A DNA stretch of 64,000 nucleotides from the human T2T-CHM13v2.0 reference genome, Homo sapiens. The translations under genes were made by a program, and so were the position numbers. Under the pieces are notes generated by a model. That model ran no database searches and was not told the origin of the DNA. It was given only the letters and a program-made list of their open reading frames with translations. The DNA lies in the NCBI RefSeq assembly GCF_009914755.1, contig NC_060925.1. One strand, given 5' to 3'. Positions 14,853 through 27,293 of the stretch are shown one piece after another (within the stretch, counting starts at the first letter, position 1; every line of letters starts with the position of its first letter).

Positions 14853-17573
14853 TAATTCTGCTATGTCACCATGATCACCTGACTTGTATGGAGTGCCTAT
14901 ACTAAAACATACTAGTAAGATAATTTCCCATCCTGCAAACACGCACATATTTTACCTGGTAATATAGCTAAATTCCTACTAATTTTTAATATGATACCTG
15001 TGGTTCCATATTTATAGTTTATTATCTATATCATAACATCTCAGAGTTTTAGAGCAGGAAAAAATTGAAATGATTTTTGCTTATTGTAAAAAGTAGATAA
15101 ATGCTGAAGTGAATAAAGTAAAAAAAATTCAGGGTATATCCTTTTAGACTTTTTTATAAGTACATACAATCCCATATTAAGATACAAATATTTATGTGTT
15201 AGCTATTTCTTAAAATACATATACATTTACATACACATATAACTTGTTCTCTACAAATATAACAACATACTATAAATATTATTTTGAAATTTTTCATCAT
15301 GTTACAACAGATCATAAACAATTTCTCTAAGTCAGGGTGTATATATGTGTATGTTTTTCTTAATAGCAAAAACTGTTGCTGCATTATTCATTTATTTATT
15401 CAATAATTATCTATCAAGTCTATTAAGAATTATGTGCCAGGCACTATTGTAGACACTGGGAATATATGAGTAAACAAAAGACAAAAATCCCTGCCCTCAT
15501 GAGGGTAACATTCTGGTGGGAAAGAAGGGAAGGGGTAGTGGGACAGAGAGGAGGTTACAAAATGTACCATAATATACCTAATCAATTCCTACTGAGGGGC
15601 ATTCATGTTGTCAACACTTTTAAATTTATTTTTTATTATTTCTTTAAATTGACAGATAAAATTCTACGTACTTATTGCGTATACTTTCTTTTCAAGTATA
15701 ACCTCCTCTCTGTCCCACAACCCCTTCCCTTCTCTCCCACCAGCATGTTACTCTCATTGTTTGTATATACTTGAAAACATTGTTTTCAAGTACATATACA
15801 TTGTGGAATGACTAAATCTAGCTAATTAGCATTTTTCCTACTATAAACCATGCTGTAATAAATACCTTTGTTCATACTTTTCTCCTCACTCTTAGAAATA
15901 ATCCTGGATTTAAATTCCTAGAACTGAAATTACTGACTGAAGAAATATGAGATTTTATAATTTTAATAGATATTATTAAATTTTCCTTCAAAAGCTTATA
16001 CCATTTTTTAGTCCTACAAACAGCACATGAAGTGTGTTTTCCCTCATGCTTATTTAAAAATTTTTTCAATTCTGCTAATCTTAATGGGCTCATTTTTTTT
16101 ACCCTCAGCAATGCTGAGCATCATGCATAGCTGCATATATTATTTACATTTCCTCTGTAAGTTATTAGATGCTTTACTTATTTTTCTATCAGATTATTTT
16201 TCTTATTAACTTGTAGGTGCTTATTATGTATTTTGGCTATTAACCCTTTCTTATAGTGGTTGTAAATATATTTCCACCAGTTTATTATTTGCATTTTAGA
16301 TTTTATTATACTTGTCACCATACAAGCATTTTCATCATTATGTGCTCAAATACACAAATCTTTTAGGGATTCCATGTATACTCTCACTGCCACAGTAATT
16401 TTTTTCTTCTAGTTGACATTTATAGCTTTATCCATCCTTTCAACAATTTTAAAGCTAAAAGTGGTGAAGGACCCATCAAACTAGGTGGATAAACTCGGAC
16501 TAAAAGCACCATAACTCCTCTTATTGTAGCACTTACAGAAACCTGCCAAAATTCCTTTCCAGGGGATACACTGATTATAGCTTACAAATAGACATTTACC
16601 TATCTATAATTTTCCAATTTTCTGAATAAGATGCTGAATTCTATTATATTTGAATCCTCCATTCATTATTAAAATTAAATAGTTATCTAATTTGCTGGTT
16701 ATTCTCTAAATCAGCTGTTCTCAAAGAATCCCTTCACATACTGTCTTTCAGAAAAAATATTAAGATATGCCATTAAAATCTTAAAAGGGCAATATTTTTC
16801 TAATTTACTAGGAAAAATAAGCTGAAGAATAGAATTTTCTAAATTTAAGATTTTCCTCTATGATTTTTTCATAAAGTTTTGACACCTCCTACTTCTTATC
16901 TACCAAAAGCACTGTCAAATGACAAAAATAAATATAAAAGGAAACATTATTTTAAATAAAAGATAAAATATTCAATAATACTGTGAAATGTTCTCTTTAT
17001 TGGAATACACGATTTTACTTTTGGTTTTCATTATCTTTATCTAATATAATCATATTTTCTGCAGGTTAAAAACTCTTCCTACTTCAAAGAATATACCACA
17101 AAATTCAGGCGTTCTTCTACATATACAAGTTTAGAACCGCAGATAAAAATAATTTGATTATTGTATTTGCTTTAGAGTTTGTTTTCTACAAATTAATGAC
17201 AATTGGGTTGTCGATATGGACATTATATTATTCTTTCAGTCGATTAACAAATAGTTCATGTTTTGTATAAATATTTTCAAGTAATGATGGCTTTCCTCAA
17301 TTTAAACAGAAATTCCTAAGAATATTTATTCCACAAGCACATTTATAGAAACTATTCTAAACATTCAATAATTATTTGTGAATGATTAATAAGTTCAATG
17401 TATTCAAAGTATTTTAAGAGTTCAAAACAAAAGGCTCAGACTTTTAAATTATAAATATCAGGAGGTCAGTTTAGAGGCAGTGAGGTAAGCTAAAATACAG
17501 ACTCAAATCTTACCTGAAAATGATGTTTACTCTCAAATGGGTGCACAAAAACAACAATAAAGGTGGGGGGAAG

Positions 17574-17575
<2 letters not shown>

Positions 17576-17634
<59 letters not shown>
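17576..17634. repeat. (TG)29 microsatellite followed by a purine tract
   Basis: Perfect dinucleotide run. Confidence 0.97.
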
Positions 17635-17636
<2 letters not shown>

Positions 17637-19186
17637 TGAGAGAGAAAGGAAGAGTAGGGGAGAGGGGGAGAGAGGAAGAGAAATGCATGCTAACAACTTA
17701 TGAATCTAGGTAATGTTTATATAAAAGTTTATTGTACCATGAAAATTTTTCTGTAAATCTCAATTTTTTAATGAAAAGTTTCAAAAATGCATTGAGAAAA
17801 ATAAGAAAGCATATACAGCTTTGGTCTTTCCATTAGGGCAAATCCATCTCGGGCACAGTGCATAAAGATATACTCCCCTTTAAACTGTAGCTTTTAAAAT
17901 TTCAGCAGGAAACAATGATAAAAGGAACTCTCCCCACCATTGCCCACACTGTCATCTCCAACCCCACTGCCCAGCCAACCTGCTCCAAGTTCAAAAAAAT
18001 AACCTACAGTTTTAAGCATGACATTCTTTTGGATAAAGTGTAAGTTTTAAGCACAATTTTTATCCAGATGAAAAAGTTGTGCTAAAGAGAGAATGGGGGC
18101 ACATTCACGATTCTATAACTTCTAAAGCAGTTAAGCACTTACTTTTGAATAAAGATAGAAAAAAACTCTCCAGCTCTAACCAATGTTGTAAGTAAATTAA
18201 CAACCTCTCAATGAATGATATAACTGTAGCTAAATATGAATAGCAAATGAACAGGAAGACTGATTTTATACCAAAGTTTTCTTTGTAATATGTTATTTCA
18301 TAAATTGTTATTTCTTTTCCTATAAGCATTTCTAAGAAATCCAGTTTGACCAATATCCATGTTATAATAATAGTTTGGAGTCCTATTTTTATAGACTACA
18401 TCTGGATTTCTGATTCATCAGGACATATTGCAAGAATGCTAACCTTTAGAACCCTTTCTTCCTAACAGTCAGCAACTCAGATCCCAAGTCCACAGGCAGG
18501 AGACATACTCTAAACTACCTACTGAATCAAGGCAGATAATGTAAGCAATTAGGCAGGACAGATAGGACCTTTGGAAACTAGCAAGCTCATGACACAACTA
18601 AAAATCTGCTATTCAGTTCCAGCTTATTGTTGCCATGGCAGAATTAGTAGATAGCCTCACTTTTCAAAAGGAATTCGAAATATGAACTATATACAAAACT
18701 TCCTCAAATTCATAAGGTTAACGTCCTTTAAAATTTTTAAAACACCCAGTAGCCAAACGAAAACCTCTAAACGCTTCTACCAGGTTCATCAGTTTGCAAC
18801 CTCTGTCTTAAAGCAGCAGTTCACTTTTAAAAATCCAAGTTCTGGTTCAGTGACAGAAAAGGGCATACATTAATTTAACTTATTTTTTTTTGTATTCCAT
18901 TTAATAGGTGAAACTCATATTATTTGAATACATCTCTTTATATTTAGTTTTCAAAAATAACTCTACAAAAAACTAATCTTTAAAAAATCGATTATTTCAA
19001 GGAAAGTTCCACTATGTTAATGGTAAATCTTTAAACTTAACTGATTCTGTATACAGAAAATCAGGAAAATTATTTTTCAACTTGTTTTTAAAGAAAACAA
19101 GTTTTTCTTCATCCCAAGCATAACAAAGTACAATAGAGAGATAGTTACCTATTTTGCATCTAATTTTTTTTACTACAAATACTCAC

Positions 19187-19306
19187 CTAAGGATGCATAA
19201 ACAAATTGTGCCTCCTGACGTCAGTCTGCAGAATCCAAATCTCTGTTTACTTTCAATGTCTGTCAGTACAAAGGTAAAGTGCTGTCCAACTTGATTCTGA
19301 GACACC
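19187..19306 (-). CDS. DENND1B: DENND1B coding exon (exon 5, 120 nt)
   Basis: ttttag|GGTGTCTCAG...ATCCTTAG|gtgagt; (R)[39 protein letters not shown](S), with the typical uDENN FTFVLTD..RFGFC motif; phase 2 to 2. Confidence 0.97.
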
Positions 19307-21269
19307 CTAAAATATAGTAACATTAGGAAACATTGTGCCTTGTTTGACAATTTTCTTCAAGAAAAACAAAAATAAGAGTATATTTATATGTGACATTGGT
19401 TTCATCTTTCTAATCAGTTGGTTCTTGAAGCTAGAACTATGTTCTAAAACTAGAGGAAGTGTGAAACTTGTAAAGTAAACACCAAAATAAGTTGTAATAC
19501 CTCATAGACTGAACAGTTCAGCATATATTAATCTCTCACTAGGAAATCATAAGGTAGTCTACCATAAATGATCATAAGACTAAAAGTGCTCATATTTCAT
19601 AAATTATCAAAATATTATTACTGAAACTGTAGAAGCAGCTAGAAATCATGACTAAGTCCTTTTCTTCAACTTTAGCCTCTTTTCTTAATTATTCTAAAAT
19701 TGCTTAGATAGCAAATCATGTCGCTTTAGAATCTAATGGCAGCCACCACCAACTCTGTTTAATTGCTTCTCCTGTTGACATTCTCATCCAATAAAGTACC
19801 CTACAAAAATACCCTTGTTATATTTTTTCTAGAATTCTCTTGTACAGCTATCAATATACTGAGGAATACATTTCCAAGTATAAAATAAGAATATAATTTC
19901 TACCAAAATAAAAGGCTTATCAGCTAAGCTGTAAAGAATTCTAGTCAACTTTGAAGTATCATACTACCATAATATGTGTCACACTTTGGTATAAGGGGCA
20001 ATATAAAACGTTAGATTGAATCTTTATTTCTATTTAAAATATATGAATATATTTCCTAGTACTGGCTGTAATCTTGCCATTAGATAACCATAACCGAACT
20101 TTTGCTTCCTTGTCCCAAAATAAAATATCCATGACGCCTACACTTTGGTTTTGAAATAGCCATAGGGATTGTGCAGAAGGAAATAAATTACTGCCAGTAT
20201 CAATGCTACAAACAGTTTTGTCAGGAAATGTTGCATTTCAAATGCTGAACATTTAACAACTACACTTTTCAGTGGATAGGTTTTTCTTACACTTTAATAA
20301 ACTTAAAATAAAAAAAAAACCCTCTAGTGACAAATGTGACCTCTAGTGCCCAAGATTCATAATATCCTTTTTGTAGCTGGATCCTAAATCTTCCTTACTA
20401 TTAATATGAAACGTGTAACTTTTTTTGGTAGGGGTAGGGCAATGATTCCTCAGATAAGGTAAAACAAGGAGTATCATTCATCAACAATGCTTATTAGTAC
20501 TGATTAGTCCATCATTCAGAAGGCTTTATCTTTAATACAGTAAAATCATAAAGTCTCACTAATACTTTAGCGAAGTATTTTCCTAAAATAAACATTCTTT
20601 CAAAAACCCTTCATGTCACCCTCTTAAGTAAACTGAAAATAGAGTATAAAAATCACATGAAAAACAATAAACGATCTGTTGTTATGCTCACAGGGCTGTA
20701 TGTTCCAAGAAATTTCAACTCTATGCAATTTCATCATTCAGTATTTGTTCAGTGAAATATAAAAACAAGATTTTCAAAACTAGAGGAGTTTCCCTATAGC
20801 TTTCCATAATATTACACTACCTCTATAAAGCTATTATTGAGAGACAAGTAGCCATGAGTTTTACAGCATGACACAGATGGTCTTTTCAATGAGGATGAAG
20901 TGAGATAGAAACCAGGAAACATACATCAAGACATAATTCTAAGACTCCAATCAAGGTCATATTAGTATTTTTTTCCACTAGTGATCACAATTTCTACCTG
21001 AAGAGAGAACAAAGGGAAAAAATAGAACCTGTTGGTAATGTGTTTTCAAACTTGTCTTAACTGGTCATAGTAGAGAAAATAAAAGATGTGATTTAAAAGG
21101 CTTCCTCTTCCACATATTAATTAATTTTCAACCTCTTTTCAATCTCTAGCCTTTTTGTGAGAAGCAATAAAGAGAAGGGACATTTTATTTTATAAAAAAG
21201 CACATGTAATCATTTTCAAGTATGTACTATAAGAATCTACATTTATTTTAAATGATACTTATACTGTAC

Positions 21270-21319
21270 CTTTCAACGTCAAAGGGAAAACAGAACTTTG
21301 GCACACTCTGTAGTATTTC
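21270..21319 (-). CDS. DENND1B: DENND1B coding exon (exon 4, 50 nt)
   Basis: tttgtag|GAAATACTACAGAGTGTGCCAAAGTTCTGTTTTCCCTTTGACGTTGAAAG|gtacag; EILQSVPKFCFPFDVE(R) containing the DENN-family FCFP motif; phase 0 to 2. Confidence 0.97.
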
Positions 21320-24300
21320 CTACAAATGGAAATTTCAAAAAAAAGAAATAAGTTTTAGAATATTTTTTAAGAAGCAGTTAAAACTTCTTTGAGACATTTT
21401 CTAGGAGAAAAAGATGCTTTCTTTGTCCTTAAGAAAAATAGCACAGGTTCCTAGACTAAAATAATTGATTATTAAAAAGGAATTAAGTTTGTGCTTTGGC
21501 AGATTGCACTGACAATGCCACAGAAACCCCAGGGGGGAAAGGCCTGGCCTGAAGGGTATTAACACCCTTCACATCCCCGCTGGGATTCCCTTCAACAAGG
21601 CCATATGGATTTTACAAGAAGCACCGCACCATATGGGTAAGCTACGTCTGCTGCTACTTGTACCACAGTCTAGCCATAGGGACTTCTGACAGATCCTGGC
21701 TCAAAAATATAAATGTTGTTTCAATTAAAATGCAGGCAGAGAAAAGGGAATGAAGTTGGCAGCAGAATGAATTACTGAGAGGTATAACAACTCTACATGT
21801 CCCATAGTCAAACAGTTAAAAAAAAAAAAAAGAGAGAGAGACTTTCTATAGCCAAAGAAACATTTACATGATTCAATTCTTGGTATTAAGTTTTATCTTA
21901 ACACTCTTAAAGAAATGTGTATCTAAAAACAAGCTGTCAAAAATACAGCTTCTATTCTGTGCACTTTCATTTAAGGATTGCCTAATATGAAAATCAATGC
22001 TTTAATAAAACACAGAAAATAATCTGAATGATTTTGAAACCTTCAGTTATTTAACAGTCATTAAAAATAATTTCAAAATCTTTTAGAAACCATACACATT
22101 AAAAATTATAATAAAATACAAATAATTATCAGCTACTTGGCAAACAAAGTCTTAATAATCTATTTTGTTATATTTGAAAAATAAAATTAAGTCTGATTCA
22201 AAAGTTAAACTTTAAACTTGAAGACAACATCATACAACTTCAAAGTCAGGCAATTTTACAAGACAAAGAATTTTATAAGGATGTTTCCCATTAAAAAGAA
22301 AAAAGAGCAAATATCTTAATGCAGCAGTCATCCTCACTGAACAATATTTTTGCTACCACTTCTTTGCCACTAAAACTAAGGTCTACAGAAGTCATCAATA
22401 TCTGAATATTTAAACCGTATACATAAATATAGCATTGAGTGTTTTAAAGTAGAATTTCTTGCATTCTTTTAAAAAGGTAGACTACAATAAAGTGTCAACT
22501 AAAAATAAAACATTATAAAATTCCAATACCAATACCTAAGAAAGCTTCAGTGCCTTAATGCACATAAGCAGAAAGAAAAGGATCTTGTAAAAAAAAAAAC
22601 CATCTACTCTTAGGGCAGGGTACCCTGGATTGCTTATAATCATAATCATGTACCTTTAAAAATATGAGCACAGACTCTATATTAAGCGAAAGCTAACTGT
22701 TTCACCACTGACAATATTTTGTTAAATGTAGTTAAAAGAGTCACTAAACTTGCAGTAAGTTAAATTCTGTAAACTGAAAAACAGTTCATTGTAAATGAGA
22801 CCAGTTCATTTTCATTTGACCATTGCTTAATCCTTATCTTGTACTTCATAAAGTGAAACCATTCACCATTTTTACTATACATGTGAACACTATTCAGACC
22901 TCCTCCTATAAAATTGTCCACATAATTTCTGTAACAATAAAGAACATATATTCAAAATTCAATATCTCCCTCTAAATACACAAATTAGTAATATATTTCA
23001 CATCAATTTTAAGACTCAAGACGAACGCTTCCCAGTTAGTTGCTCAATCTTTCACACCCTCCCCCTCCCTTCTTCCACAAGCAACACACGTGCATACACT
23101 TCTGTGAAACAGCCTCAGCTCGCTTCCCAACTGGCAGAAGCATCCCTCAGGGGACAAGTCTTTAAACCTCCGCACTCTTTAAAATTCAACCAGCCAGCAG
23201 GTCTATAGACTAGTGTATAAACAGTATAGACAAAAAAAAAAAAAAAAAAAAAATCCTCTCTCAGCTTATGTCAGTGACAAAGCAGCTCAGCAGTTGACTG
23301 TTTCTCCCCTGACAGTATAAACTGGGTTTACACAGATCAATAGCTGGAAGTCCTACCTAGCTCCCAGGGCTTGGTTTTCTTCCTTAATTACAGGTGCTAT
23401 TGAAACTGAAGTGTAAAAAGAAAAGAGAGAGACTTGGAAGGAGGCATAAAATGCATGCAAATAGCTTTTATGGATCCTCTTAGCAATAGTATTAATTGAA
23501 AATTATACTTCCACATTTATTACAAAAGTGTGTGTGAAGGCTGGTATTTTCACTACACAGTGTTTTTAATATGACACATATACAAACACACACACACACA
23601 CGCACACACGAAATCCTAGGTTAGCATCCACAGATTATGTGAAAGGTTTAAGACAATACTCTCCAGAAGTTATCAATTTTTCCTTTTTCTACAGACTTTT
23701 GCATTTAAAGAAAACAAGAAAAATTATTTTGGATTCAGAATCCTCCTAACTCTCCAAAATATTTTATTTTTATGCCAAAAGAGTATATTGGCTAACACAT
23801 GTCAAATGATAAAAATAGGAATAATAAAAAGAATGGATGGAATAGAATACAAAATTATGAACAGCAAAATGAAAGAGGTAATAATACATATTTCTGTGTA
23901 TGTCCTAAAACAGCACTTCTACTATCATGTTAATGACTGGAAACAAGGACTGATGAAAATTTATATTTTGGGGGGTTTTGGGTTCCATACCAGTGTATCT
24001 CTAGTAATAAGCATTACAATGAAATTGATCTTGTAAGAGAGAACTAGGGCCAATTGCTAGTGTTAGAGTGGTATATTAATTATTTATCCCATCAGGTTAC
24101 CATTTAGCACCATAAATTGATCAACTGAAAAGGAAAACAAGCATTTAAGAAAGAATTTACTTCAAAAAAAAACACTAACGTTTACATCTTGATCAAAGTT
24201 CTTAGAATTTATTCTTAGAACAAAGGTCTTTGAATTTATCTGAGAATAATCTAAGATAAAATGAGATGTGTCATTGTCGATACCACTAATTGTTTTTCCT

Positions 24301-24879
24301 CCTTCTCAACCACTTTTGTCCTCCACTGTACACTGAAATTTCAGAGCGTTCTCTGAAATTGCATAGTTTCTTCTCTTCCCTACTCAGTAAGATATACCTG
24401 TAAGCAATCTCATCTATACCCACAGTTTCAACTACAACTACTAAATCTCTTAGTCTTGTAGTTTAGATATTTCTCCAGGATTATGGCTCTAACTACTTTC
24501 TGGTATGACTTTCTAAATGTTCCCAGACACCTCTAATGAAGAATGTACAAAACCAAAGTTGTTCTTTTACTTACGGTCCTTATCACCTAAACTGGCAGCA
24601 CCATCTACCTAGTTACCCAAATCAGAAACACGGTAGTTACCATGACCCCTCCTTTTCCCTGACCCCCACATATAATTAATCACTCACCAAGTCCTTTCAT
24701 TCAATTTCATAACTATCTTGCTCCAGATGTTCTCAATGGAGGGTGGAAAGGATTAGAAAGAAGATGAAGAGGTTTTAGAATCACTTGGGAGTGTTTTTCA
24801 AAACACAAATTTGATTGCCTACACGAAACCCACAAGGGTCCTGAGTCTTTAACTTCAGTTTGAATACCACCAATAATTA

Positions 24880-25290
24880 AGGACTAGGAGTAACTACATC
24901 AGTTAAGGGTGCTTAATGTATATAAGGAAAAGTTATACTCTCATAGCAAGAAATGACATGGTTGACTTGTTCAGAGACTGTTTAATTCAACAGCTACCTC
25001 ATGGACCCAGAAGTCTTCCCTCCTGCCCTGCTGGGCTAAATTCGTTGGCTTTTTCCTCAGCTATCTCTACTCATGATCACAAAATGAGCTTCCAGAGTTC
25101 AGCACATCTCATGAAGATACAGCAGTGTTCAGTGAAGGAAGCCTCCCTTTCTGTCAGTCTTTTTATCAGTGAGGAAACCTCTCCCAGAAGTCTGATCCCT
25201 GACTTTCCCATTACATTTAATTAGCCACAGGGTCATAAGCCACTCCTAAACTAATCCCTGGCAAGGGAAATGGTTATCTATGCTCAGTTT
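24880..25290. mobile_element. MLT1-type (old MaLR) LTR relic
   Basis: tctttttatcagtgaggaaacctctcccagaag...ccactcctaaactaatccctggcaagggaaatgg. Confidence 0.6.
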
Positions 25291-25911
25291 AGCCTTAGAC
25301 TAGTTAGAGTAAAAGTCAGAATTCAACCCATTCGTCTCCCGATAACCATGACACATGTAATTACAGAGAAATACGAGTGAAGTATATTATATTTTATTTC
25401 TTAAGAATCCTCATAATGATATTAATCAAATATTATGTTTATACTAAAGTTCTCAATAAAAATATTACACCATATCATATAAGGACAATTTTAAACTATC
25501 TGTAATTTTATTTCATATGAATAACACTTTCAGAATCATTTTGCTACAACTAAATGAGCTACTTGTCCATTTTAATCGAATTTTTCACAAAGGCCATGAA
25601 TTTCTGAAAAGATGATTACTTAATTTTGAATATTATCCCCCAAATAAGTGAGAATTACCTAATACTACACATTCATTCAATTTATTTATACTTTACACAA
25701 GAGAGTAATAACTGAGATTCCCGAACAGCACTTAGATGTTCCAGGGCACCACAGCAAACTCTCAGGGACACCGTCAGATATTTTAAATTTTCAAGGGAAA
25801 CAAAGTTATATTAACAGGGTGATTAAATCAAAATGCATTTTATAGGGAGAATTATATTAATTTGTCAAATTACAGAGACAGCCTATCATCTTTTATTTTT
25901 AAGAAGTGTTC

Positions 25912-26007
25912 TGCTCCCACTTATGAGTGAGAATATGCAGTGTTTGGTTTTCTAGTCCTGTGTTAAGTTTTCTGAGGATGATGGTTTCCAGCTTCATCCA
26001 TGTCCCT
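25912..26007 (-). mobile_element. Internal L1PA fragment (ORF2 end / 3'UTR start) without poly(A) or evident TSD
   Basis: gctcccacttatgagtgagaatatgcagtgtttggttttct...gcttcatccatgtccct. Confidence 0.8.
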
Positions 26008-26470
26008 TGGAGAATATATTTTTAAACTTAGGGCCAAAAAGGAACTGTCAGGACAACTATGCCCAGTGTGGAATTTTTCTCTTGGATTTTACTTTTACGT
26101 AGTGTTTTTGTTAGAAATAAATCCCTATTTTACCCCTCCTCCTTAAATTAGGGAAAGCACTCTAAGTCTGTGAATTCCAACACTAAAACTACATAGGTTA
26201 TTAAATCTGATCAAGTTATTTTTCACTATCAAGAATTTAAAATAAATTTATATTATTAGAATATTAAAATAACTGCCATGAAGCAAATACATTCTGCCAT
26301 AAAAAGAACTATGTTATAAAATATAAATTTCAGAAATTTCAGTTCTATGTGCATAAGTCTTAGGTGATGAAACCTATGCAATCACTTTAGTTTGATCCAA
26401 TGTCAATGAAAAAGACTAGATTGGAAGCAGTGCAGAGTGACATTACCAAAAAAAAAAAAATCAGAAGACT

Positions 26471-26724
26471 ATGCATCTGCAGATTCAACCAACTGTGGAT
26501 TAAAAATATTTGGAAAAAATACAAATAATACATATAAAAAACCAATATACTATAACAACTATTAATAGAGCATTTACACTGTATTAGATAGTATAAGAAA
26601 TCTAGAGATGATCTAAAATATATGGCAGGATGTGCATAGTTACATGCAAAACAGAAGTCCCATTTTATATAAAGGACTTAAGCATCTGTGGAATTTTGGT
26701 ATCCATGGGGATCCCAAACCAATA
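26471..26724. mobile_element. MER2-like TcMar-Tigger DNA transposon relic
   Basis: gcatctgcagattcaaccaactgtggattaaaaatatttgg...ggacttaagcatctgtggaattttggtatccatgggg. Confidence 0.75.
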
Positions 26725-27022
26725 GGATTATATATACACACATATATTCCATGTATTTATGTACTTACATATATTATAAAAATATATATGTATCTAAATA
26801 TTTTGTGTATGTATATATTTATATATATTATCTATATTTACAACAAGACAAGTGGTGTGCTTGGCAAATAAAAGGCAAAATACATTTATTCTCATTAGTT
26901 TAAGAAAGAGAAGTATTTTAAAAAATCAAAGTGTATATATAAGAATATGGGTTTCCAAGGGTTGTTTTTTTTTTTTTTTTTTTCAAAAATTCTATTAAAA
27001 ACTGTCTTCAAAGTTATGCCCC

Positions 27023-27293
27023 AGCCAGGCATGGTGGCTCACACCTGTAATCCCAGCACTTTAGGAGGCCAAGGCAGGCGGATTGCTTGAGCCAAGGAGT
27101 TCGAGACCAGCCTGGGCAACATGGTGAAACCCTGTTTCTAAAAAATATATAAAAATTAGCCAGGCATGGTGGCATGCACCTATAGTCCCAGCTGCTCAAG
27201 ATGTTGAGGTGGAAGGATTGCTTCAGCCCTGGAGGTGATCGCACTACTTGACTCCACTTCACTAGGTGACAGGGACCCTCTCTCTTAAAAAAA
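27023..27293 (+). mobile_element. AluJ
   Basis: Diverged Alu; TSD-like aaagtt(a/g)tg.ccc. Confidence 0.9.
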
